A DNA stretch of 64,000 nucleotides from a bacterium (GTDB lineage Bacteria; Auribacterota; UBA3054): positions 66,843-130,842 of the forward strand of contig JAFYXV010000008.1 in assembly GCA_017557885.1 (NCBI GenBank), given 5' to 3'. Shown piece by piece: positions 56,302 through 64,000 of the stretch (its first letter is position 1; each line of letters opens with the position of its first letter). The notes beneath the pieces are model-generated. The model saw nothing but the letters and a program-made list of their open reading frames with translations. It did not search any database and was not told the origin of the DNA. The position numbers and the translations under genes were made by a program.

Positions 56302-57027
56302 ATGAATCAGACTGCCGAATATGAAATGATGCAGTGGACGCTGAACGCCCTGGCGCCGACCACCTGGATAGACGTGGTCAACAACTTCGCCGTGGCCGCG
56401 CTCTTCGCGTTCCTCTTGGTTTTGCTCTACCGCTTCTGCCGCGGCGTGCACGGCAACAAGACCTTCATGCAAACGCTGGTCATGATGGAGATCATCATAA
56501 CGCTTGTGATGATGGTCATCCTGAATGTCCGCGGCTCCTCCGCCGTGGCCGTGGCTTTCGGGTTGATGGGCGCCATGAGCGTTGTCCGCTTCCGCACCAT
56601 CATAAAGGATAACCGCGACACTGCCTTCGTCTTCATGGCCGTGGCCCTGGGCATGGCCGCCGGCACCGGCCAGCACAGGATCGGCGCCATCGGCTTCGTC
56701 ATCATCTGGCTCTCCTTCGTCTTCACGGAATACACTCCCTGGAGCCTCCGCCACAGAGAGATCATCGCCAAGATCATCTTCAGCACCGAAAATTCCGAGA
56801 GCAAGCTTGATTCTGGCGCTGAGATCATGGGCCGCATGAAGCAATTGGGCACCTCCATAAAAATGCTGCACTCCCGCACCATAAAATCCGGCACCGCCAT
56901 CGAGGCCACCTACTCCTTCCGTCTGAGATTCAGAGTCAGCGAGGAATACGCCACCGCCCAGCTGATGGGCTTAAAGTGCGTGGAATCCGTCAGCCTCTTC
57001 TCACCTTCAGAAGTCGAGGAGCCCTGA
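56302..57027 (+). CDS. DUF4956-like membrane protein (usual partner of bacterial VTC-domain proteins)
   Basis: Multi-TM; GLMGAMSVVRFRTIIKDNRDTAFVFMAVALGMAAGTG resembles the DUF4956 core. Confidence 0.55.
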   Translation: MNQTAEYEMMQWTLNALAPTTWIDVVNNFAVAALFAFLLVLLYRFCRGVHGNKTFMQTLVMMEIIITLVMMVILNVRGSSAVAVAFGLMGAMSVVRFRTIIKDNRDTAFVFMAVALGMAAGTGQHRIGAIGFVIIWLSFVFTEYTPWSLRHREIIAKIIFSTENSESKLDSGAEIMGRMKQLGTSIKMLHSRTIKSGTAIEATYSFRLRFRVSEEYATAQLMGLKCVESVSLFSPSEVEEP

Positions 57028-57028
57028 C

Positions 57029-57334
57029 ATGAACGCTTACCGCAAAGCCGCGGACGCGCTGGCGGTTGTGGTCCTTCTCTGGGCTATCGCCATGCTCATA
57101 GCCTTCGCTCCCAGGTTCGCCAACTTCACCTCATTGCATGAGGAAGCAGTAGCGGCTTTCCAGAACGCCCCCACCCTCACAAACGAACTCAAGGCCAACG
57201 TTATCAAGCTCTGGAACGCCGAGGCCGCCAGCAACGGCCTTCTCGTCATCAGCTGGACCGGCTTCGCCGCCGCCGAGCTTATCCAGGTAATCCTCGCCTT
57301 CATCGCCCGCCGCAAGGAAAAGCAGAATGCCTGA
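57029..57334 (+). CDS. Small membrane protein of unknown function (101 aa, two predicted TM helices)
   Basis: ATG 1 nt after the upstream stop; hydrophobic segments ALAVVVLLWAIAMLIAF and LLVISWTGFAAAELIQVILAFIA. Confidence 0.45.
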   Translation: MNAYRKAADALAVVVLLWAIAMLIAFAPRFANFTSLHEEAVAAFQNAPTLTNELKANVIKLWNAEAASNGLLVISWTGFAAAELIQVILAFIARRKEKQNA

Positions 57335-58466
57335 CCGCGAACCAAACTCTTACGAAGAGATAATCGCCGCCGCGCCCCATGGCAGCAAAAAATATTGGAC
57401 CGAGATCCCTGACGATTACCAGAGCATGGTTTTAAGCTCCCTGCGGGCCCGTATAGCGGGCTGCAACCTGGGAGCCATAGTGGAAGGCTGGTCTCTCATA
57501 AAGATGGAAAATTACGCCAAGGAGATCGGCGTCCCCTACCCTATGACCGACTACTGGCCCTCCTCCCCGGACCCGGAGGAACCGCGCTACATCCTCGGCA
57601 GGAACCGCCAGTACACCAAGGGCGAGATGAGATATTCTCCCGTGGACGACGACACCACCTACACCATTCTGGGTCTCCTAATAGCGGAAGAAGCGAAGAA
57701 TTTCCCATTCGCTCTCGACGACGTGGCAAATGCCTGGCTCAAATATCTGCCCATGGCCTGCACCGCCGAGAAAGTGACCTTGGACAATCTCAAAGCCGGC
57801 GTCGCTCCAGAAAAAGCCGCTGAGATAAACAATCCTTACGACGAATGGATCGGCGCGGACATCCGCTGCGACGGCTTCGCCTACATGGCACCAGGCAACC
57901 CGAGATTAGCCGCCAAATTAGCCTACACAGACGCTTATCTGAGCCACCGCAAAAACGGCATCTACGGGGAAATGTATTTTGCGGCCGTCATCAGTTCCGC
58001 CTTCGCCCTGAAAGATACCAAAGCCGCCCTGGAAGCGGGACTGTTTGAGATCCCGGAAAACTGCGACCTGGCGGCAGCGGTTAAATGGGCCCTCTCCCTT
58101 TACGGCAAAATAAAAGACTACAGAGAAGCCGCGAAACTAGTCGATGAGCGCTTCCCGAATATGTCTCCCGTCCACACCATCAACAACGCCTGCCTGACCA
58201 TATTCGCCCTGGGCCTCGGGCATGAAACGAAGTCCATAGACACCGTCATCTCGCAGTGCGTCGCCATGGCCCACGACTGCGACTGCACCGCCGCCACCGC
58301 CGGCTCGATCGCAGGCGCGGCCTGGGGAAACGCCACGCTCTCAGATCACTGGTATGAACCTTTCAACGACATCCAGGAAAGCTACCTCATAGGCCGCCGC
58401 GTCTTCGGCATCGAGGACCTCTCCTTCCGCTTCGCCGCCCAGGCCAAGCGCCATAAAAAACTTTAA
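57327..58466 (+). CDS. ADP-ribosylglycohydrolase (ARH/DraG) family protein
   Basis: C-terminal MAHDCDCTAATAGSIAGAAWG matches the ARH D-x-D-x-T...AG..GA motif; overlaps the upstream gene by 8 nt. Confidence 0.65.
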   Translation: MPDREPNSYEEIIAAAPHGSKKYWTEIPDDYQSMVLSSLRARIAGCNLGAIVEGWSLIKMENYAKEIGVPYPMTDYWPSSPDPEEPRYILGRNRQYTKGEMRYSPVDDDTTYTILGLLIAEEAKNFPFALDDVANAWLKYLPMACTAEKVTLDNLKAGVAPEKAAEINNPYDEWIGADIRCDGFAYMAPGNPRLAAKLAYTDAYLSHRKNGIYGEMYFAAVISSAFALKDTKAALEAGLFEIPENCDLAAAVKWALSLYGKIKDYREAAKLVDERFPNMSPVHTINNACLTIFALGLGHETKSIDTVISQCVAMAHDCDCTAATAGSIAGAAWGNATLSDHWYEPFNDIQESYLIGRRVFGIEDLSFRFAAQAKRHKKL

Positions 58467-58483
58467 TTTTCTATAAAAAAAAG

Positions 58484-58525
58484 ACAACAAAAAAAGAGTC
58501 GTGCAAACGACTCTTTTTTTGTTGT
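58484..58525. terminator. Bidirectional rho-independent terminator (A-run / hairpin / T-run palindrome)
   Basis: ACAACAAAAAAAGAGTCG-tgcaaa-CGACTCTTTTTTTGTTGT between the + strand operon end (58466) and the minus-strand tRNA-Gly. Confidence 0.7.
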
Positions 58526-58532
58526 ATCCTGC

Positions 58533-58608
58533 TGGAGCGGGCGACCGGACTCGAACCGGCAACCAACAGCTTGGAAGGCTGTGACTCTGCCAATTGAGTT
58601 ACACCCGC
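58533..58608 (-). tRNA. tRNA-Gly (anticodon TCC)
   Basis: Minus-strand GCGGGTG acceptor stem, anticodon loop CTTCCAA, T-loop TTCGAGT, encoded CCA; 76 nt. Confidence 0.85.
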
Positions 58609-58642
58609 AAAAGCAGATATGATAGCCCGAAGGGCGATCTCT

Positions 58643-59143
58643 TTAACGCTTCGAGAACTGGAAGCGGGCGCGGGCGCCGCGCTGGCCGTATTTCTTGCGC
58701 TCTTTCTCGCGGGCGTCCCTGGTCAGAAGACCGTTGGACTTCACGAGAGCCTTGGTCGCGTCATCGATGAGAGCAAGGGCTCTGGCGATGCCGTGACGGA
58801 TGGCGCCGGCCTGTCCGGAGATGCCGCCGCCGGCTACGGTGGCGACCACATCGAACTTGCCGATGATCTTGGCGGCTTCGAAAGCTTCCTGGACCAGCTG
58901 CCTGGTGGTGTCCACGGGGAAGTAATCCTCAAAGGCGCGGCCGTTGACGGTAATGGTTCCATTGCCGGGTTTCAGGACCACGCGGGCGCTGGATCTTTTG
59001 CGGCGGCCGGTGGCGGAGTAACTTTCGGTGAAGACACGGGTGTCCTCAACGGGAGCGGCCTGGACCTCAGGAGTGGTTTCGACTTCGGGAACCTCGACGG
59101 TTTCCGGGGTGACGTTGCTGTTTTCGCTCATATTATCACTCAT
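58643..59143 (-). CDS. rpsI: 30S ribosomal protein S9 with acidic N-terminal extension
   Basis: ...YSATGRRKRSSARVVLKPGNGTITVNGRAFEDYFP...KKYGQRGARARFQFSKR. Confidence 0.95.
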   Translation of the reverse strand: MSDNMSENSNVTPETVEVPEVETTPEVQAAPVEDTRVFTESYSATGRRKRSSARVVLKPGNGTITVNGRAFEDYFPVDTTRQLVQEAFEAAKIIGKFDVVATVAGGGISGQAGAIRHGIARALALIDDATKALVKSNGLLTRDAREKERKKYGQRGARARFQFSKR

Positions 59144-59158
59144 TTATTAAGAGGTTTG

Positions 59159-59605
59159 TTACAGGGTGATCTCAACGGGTTTCTGGGCGCTGTGCGGATG
59201 TTCCGGGCCGGCGTAAATTTTAAGCTTCGCGAGAATGGAGTATCCGAGCTTATTCTTGGGAAGCATGCCCTTGACAGCGTGAAGAATAACACGTTCAGGA
59301 TGGGATTCGATGACATCCGCGAAATTGCGGCGCTTGAAGCCGCCGGGATAACCGGAGTGGCTGGTGTAGCTCTTGTCGGTCGCTTTGCGGCCGGTGACGC
59401 TGACTTTTTCGGCGTTGATGATAACGCAGTAGTCACCGCCGTCCACGTTCGGCGTGAAGGTGGCTTTGTTTTTGCCGCGCAGAATGTCGGCCACTTTGGT
59501 GGCGAGTCGGCCGAGGTTCTGGCCTTCGGCGTTGATCAGATACCATTTCTGATCGACATCCTGGGCTTTCAGAACAAAGGTCTTGTTGACGTCTTGCTGT
59601 TTCAT
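59159..59605 (-). CDS. rplM: 50S ribosomal protein L13
   Basis: Start at internal ATG preceded by AGGAA: MKQQDVNKTFVLKAQDVDQKWYLINAEGQNLGRLATKVADILRGKNK...; the track ORF extends 81 codons upstream without support. Confidence 0.95.
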   Translation of the reverse strand: MKQQDVNKTFVLKAQDVDQKWYLINAEGQNLGRLATKVADILRGKNKATFTPNVDGGDYCVIINAEKVSVTGRKATDKSYTSHSGYPGGFKRRNFADVIESHPERVILHAVKGMLPKNKLGYSILAKLKIYAGPEHPHSAQKPVEITL

Positions 59606-59786
59606 AATTTCCTCAGTTAAAGAAAGAAAAATGTTTCGGTACTTAAACCCGCGGAAAGAGGCAACCGTCATGCTCGGAAACGCTTGTCCTTTTTTTAGGT
59701 TTAGGTTAAGTATAATACCACTTTGCCTTTTCAAAGTCAACACGGGACCCAAGGCCGGGCTCTTCCGGGAAGCGGACGCTATCCCT

Positions 59787-59815
59787 TGCGCCGATTTGGG
59801 GGTTGTGCTAGAATA
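59787..59815 (+). promoter_or_regulatory. Putative promoter for gap (extended -10)
   Basis: TTGCGC - 17 nt - TGcTAGAAT about 75 nt upstream of the gap ATG. Confidence 0.35.
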
Positions 59816-59831
59816 GATTTTAATACTGTAA

Positions 59832-60911
<1,080 letters not shown>

Positions 60912-60932
60912 GCGCAACAAAGCGATCCTATA

Positions 60933-60969
60933 AAAGGGGCGGGAGGCGTCAGCCGCCCGCCTCTTTTTT
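60933..60969 (+). terminator. Rho-independent terminator after gap
   Basis: GC-rich hairpin (AAAAGGGGCGGGAGGC-gtca-GCCGCCCGCCTCTTTT) plus T-run. Confidence 0.6.
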
Positions 60970-60993
60970 AATAAAACTTAACAGGAATTTTAT

Positions 60994-62286
60994 ATGAACA
61001 AGAAGACTTTAAGAGACGTTGATCTCAAAGGCAAAAGAGTCGTCATGCGCGTGGACTTCAACGTCCCCATGGCCAAGGACGGCTCCGGCAAAATAACGGA
61101 CGACACGAGGATCGTGGCCGCCCTTCCCAGCATCAAGTACGTCCTGGAGCAGGGCGGATCACTTGTCCTCATGAGCCATCTGGGCCGTCCCAAAGGCAAA
61201 GGCTTTGAACCGGAATTCACCCTGAAGCCCGTCTCGGAAGCGCTGAGCGCCAAATTAGGCCTCGAAGTTAAGTTCGTTCCGGACTGCATGGCCGCCGACG
61301 AAGTGGTTAACGCCCTGAAGCCCGGCGAAGTCGCCCTGCTGGAAAACACCCGCTTCTACAAAGCGGAAGACGGCAAAGTCAAAAAGGACGACGAGAAGAA
61401 AGGCATCCATCTGACGGAAGAGGAATATCAGCAGAAGAAAGCCGAATTGAAGACAAAGCGTCAGGAAATGGCCAAGAAGCTCGCCTCTTACGGCGACCTC
61501 TACTGCAACGACGCCTTCGGCACGGCTCACCGCGCCCACGCCAGTACGGCCGTCATCGCCGACTATCTGAAGCCCGCTGTTTCCGGCTTCCTGCTTGAGA
61601 AAGAGATCCAGTTCCTGGGCGACGCCGTCGAGAACCCGGTGCGTCCCTTCGTCGCGATCCTTGGCGGCGCCAAGGTCTCTGACAAACTGGCGGTGGTCAA
61701 AGCCCTCCTGGCCAAGGTCGATACTCTCATCATCGGCGGCGGCATGGCCTACACCTTCAAGAAAGCCCAGGGCATGAAGATCGGCAATTCTCTCTGCGAA
61801 GACGAACAGGTCGCCTACTGCAAGGATATGCTTGACGAAGCCGAGAAGAAAGGCGTCAAGATCCTGCTGCCGGTGGACAACCTCATCGCCGACAAATTCC
61901 CCGAGACCAAGGATGCTTCCGACATTCAGATCAAGGAATGCGAAGGCGACATCCCCGACGGCTGGATGGGCCTCGACATCGGCCCCAAGAGCGTTGCGCT
62001 TTTCAGCGATGCTCTGAAAGGCGCCAAGACCGTGGTCTGGAACGGCCCCATGGGCTGCTTTGAGTTCGCGCCCTTGTCCAAGGGCACCTACGGCGTCTGC
62101 GACGCTGTGGCGACCGTAAAAGCCAACGGCGGCGTTTCCATCATCGGCGGCGGCGACTCCGTCAGCGCTGTCAAGAAGAGCGGCAAGGCCGGCGAAATGA
62201 GCCATGTCTCCACCGGCGGCGGCGCCTCATTGGAATTCCTGGAAGGCAAAGTCCTCCCCGGCGTGGCCTGCCTGGACGAAAAGTAA
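60994..62286 (+). CDS. pgk: Phosphoglycerate kinase (with about 30-aa K/E-rich insertion)
   Basis: N-terminal [12 protein letters not shown]; ...[13 protein letters not shown]...; length 430 aa. Confidence 0.95.
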   Translation: MNKKTLRDVDLKGKRVVMRVDFNVPMAKDGSGKITDDTRIVAALPSIKYVLEQGGSLVLMSHLGRPKGKGFEPEFTLKPVSEALSAKLGLEVKFVPDCMAADEVVNALKPGEVALLENTRFYKAEDGKVKKDDEKKGIHLTEEEYQQKKAELKTKRQEMAKKLASYGDLYCNDAFGTAHRAHASTAVIADYLKPAVSGFLLEKEIQFLGDAVENPVRPFVAILGGAKVSDKLAVVKALLAKVDTLIIGGGMAYTFKKAQGMKIGNSLCEDEQVAYCKDMLDEAEKKGVKILLPVDNLIADKFPETKDASDIQIKECEGDIPDGWMGLDIGPKSVALFSDALKGAKTVVWNGPMGCFEFAPLSKGTYGVCDAVATVKANGGVSIIGGGDSVSAVKKSGKAGEMSHVSTGGGASLEFLEGKVLPGVACLDEK

Positions 62287-62289
62287 GCA

Positions 62290-63096
62290 ATGCCAAAAAA
62301 AGCGCTCAGCATAGCCGGCTCCGACAGCGGGGGCGGCGCGGGGATCCAGGCGGACCTGAAGACCTTCACAAGTTTGAAAGTTTTCGGCACGACCGCCATC
62401 ACCGCCGTCACCGTCCAGAACACTCTGGGAGTCAGTGGCTATGAGCTTATGCCGCCAAAACTCGTTTCCGACCAAATCGAAGCGGTCTTGGAAGACATAG
62501 GCGCGGACGCCGTGAAATCCGGCATGCTGGGAAGCGCAGCTATAATCGCGGCGGTGGCGCAGACTCTGCGTCATCGCCGCCTTCTTTATGTCCTCGATCC
62601 CGTCATGATCGCCAAAGGCGGCGCCAAGCTTTTAGCCGACGACGCCATCGAAAACTTAAAGCAATTGCTCATCCCGATCGCAACCGTCGTTACGCCGAAC
62701 ATTCCGGAAGCCGAGGAAATAAGCGGCGTGAAGATCGAATCTGAAGCGGCGCGTCAAATGGCCGCAAGAAAGATCTTATCCTTGGGGCCGCAGGCTGTCA
62801 TAATAAAAGGCGGACACGGGAAGGCGGAACAGGGTCCCCGGGCCTTCGACGACCTGCTTGTCATTAAAGAAGGCGAAAACGAAAAAGAGCATTATCTTCC
62901 CACCGAAAGAATAGAGACCCGCTGCGACCACGGCACCGGCTGCACTTTCTCCGCGGCCCTGACCGCTTTTCTGGCCAAGGGCGAAAGCGTTTTGTCCGCC
63001 GCGGAAAAAGCCAAAGCTTATTTGACCGACGCCCTGAGATCCGCCGAGCCAACCGGACACGGCCACTGCTCCGTCGATCACATGCACGCTCTTTAA
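62290..63096 (+). CDS. thiD: Hydroxymethylpyrimidine/phosphomethylpyrimidine kinase
   Basis: [22 protein letters not shown]...; C-terminal [19 protein letters not shown]. Confidence 0.9.
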   Translation: MPKKALSIAGSDSGGGAGIQADLKTFTSLKVFGTTAITAVTVQNTLGVSGYELMPPKLVSDQIEAVLEDIGADAVKSGMLGSAAIIAAVAQTLRHRRLLYVLDPVMIAKGGAKLLADDAIENLKQLLIPIATVVTPNIPEAEEISGVKIESEAARQMAARKILSLGPQAVIIKGGHGKAEQGPRAFDDLLVIKEGENEKEHYLPTERIETRCDHGTGCTFSAALTAFLAKGESVLSAAEKAKAYLTDALRSAEPTGHGHCSVDHMHAL

Positions 63097-63115
63097 CACT
63101 AAAGACAGTTAAAAT

Positions 63116-63151
63116 AAAAACAGCGCCGCTTTTTTGCGGCGCTGTTTTTTT
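63116..63151. terminator. Bidirectional rho-independent terminator
   Basis: AAAAACAGCGCCGC-tttttt-GCGGCGCTGTTTTTTT between convergent thiD and the 63167 gene. Confidence 0.7.
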
Positions 63152-63166
63152 ATCGCGGGATAAGAT

Positions 63167-64000
63167 TTATTCCCTGGTGATGACCACGTCCCTGATGTCC
63201 ATGTAGCAGTTGGTGGATTCGCCCATCAGGTAGAAACAAATAGCGAAAGCAAGGTTGGGATCCTGTTCGGTCTTGCTGGCGTGGTGGGCGTCGTGGATGA
63301 AGCTCAAGTCGGCGAAATCCTCGCTGAGGCTGAATTTTTCGTCGTGATCGTATTTCACCTGATACACCGTGTCGCCTCTGATCTCGTCTTCCCAGTTCTG
63401 CTCCATGTACAGCCGGCCTTTCCCGCCCCTGCCCCTGGCTTTGAAGCTTATGCGGTAATTCCTGCCGTCAACGACCCGCATGTCGCCCTTATGAATGCCG
63501 CCCGTGCCGCCGATGTAGCCGTCGGCGTAGGTCAGGTGGAAAAAGTCCACCACGGCGGTCTCGCCGGTCATGCGGTTTATGATGACCGTCTCGGATTTAA
63601 CGTCCGCTATAGGCGCGGAGTTGTCAGGCCATTTCTGATCCTCTGTCCAGCCGGGGATCGCTTTGTAAGGCTTGTAAACGTCCTTGCCCTTCAGCTGGGT
63701 TATGGGTCCGAAGGCTGGGCGCATTTTGACGCCGATGTTGCGGGAGACGTAAAAATAGCCCTTGACGTCGGACAAGATGAGGTCCAGAAGGCCGTCCTTG
63801 TCGATGTCGTAAACGTAACAGCGGGCTCCCTCGCCCACCGGAGTGGTGGAGCCGTTCACCATAAGTTCGCCGGCGAAATCAAGCAGCCTGGGGTTCTCCG
63901 GATCGTCCTTTTCCGGGGAGTAGTACAGCAAAAGTTTGCCGTCGGCGTCGGCCACCAGAAGGTCCATCTTGCCGTCGCCGTTCAAGTCTCCGTGGCAGGG
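63167..64000 (-). CDS. FG-GAP/VCBS-repeat protein, 5' end beyond window edge
   Basis: Frame remains open to nt 64000 (...PCHGDLNGDGKMDLLVADADGKLLLYY); repeats DxDxDG (DIDKDGLLDLIL). Confidence 0.6.
   Translation of the reverse strand, partial: PCHGDLNGDGKMDLLVADADGKLLLYYSPEKDDPENPRLLDFAGELMVNGSTTPVGEGARCYVYDIDKDGLLDLILSDVKGYFYVSRNIGVKMRPAFGPITQLKGKDVYKPYKAIPGWTEDQKWPDNSAPIADVKSETVIINRMTGETAVVDFFHLTYADGYIGGTGGIHKGDMRVVDGRNYRISFKARGRGGKGRLYMEQNWEDEIRGDTVYQVKYDHDEKFSLSEDFADLSFIHDAHHASKTEQDPNLAFAICFYLMGESTNCYMDIRDVVITRE

Noticed and set aside
60912-60993. Possible riboswitch or leader between gap and pgk, or upstream of thiD
   Set aside because: Intergenic spaces are too short (82 nt, mostly terminator hairpin; 3 nt before thiD) to hold a riboswitch aptamer.

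Overview
High-GC (about 60%) bacterial chromosomal segment, gene-dense on both strands, with about 54 protein genes and 3 tRNAs (Asn-GTT, Ser-GCT, Gly-TCC). Three proteins end in PEP-CTERM sorting signals, which together with the secreted glycoside hydrolases suggests a Verrucomicrobia/Lentisphaerae-like (PVC-type) lineage; this is inference only. Housekeeping content recognised by motif includes rho, ruvB, hisG, ruvC-ruvA, rpmE, prfA, pheS, ispF, thrS-infC-rpmI-rplT, rpsI-rplM, gap, pgk, thiD and a polyamine block (carboxynorspermidine dehydrogenase, nspC, agmatinase). The accessory content is: (1) PEP-CTERM-anchored HExxH/metzincin proteins, including a 1697-aa giant; (2) the best candidate for an undescribed system, a tightly packed plus-strand string at 52993-58466 encoding a lamin-tail-domain PEP-CTERM protein, an HlyD-like adaptor, a VTC (CYTH-like polyphosphate-polymerase-type) protein, a DUF4956-like membrane protein, a small membrane protein and an ADP-ribosylglycohydrolase-family protein; (3) a 0.9-kb AT-rich island with a RelE/ParE-like toxin in an atypical arrangement; (4) an 1189-aa GtrA-domain fusion membrane protein next to a highly repetitive secreted Gly/Thr/Val/Lys-rich protein; (5) a minus-strand cluster of secreted glycoside hydrolases plus a BSP-like metallopeptidase; (6) tandem paralog pairs (two NSS transporters, two polytopic membrane proteins). 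No CRISPR array, integrase or transposase was seen. All functional calls come from motif recognition in the translated ORFs; no database search was run, and coordinates of RNA genes and hairpins may be off by 1-2 nt.
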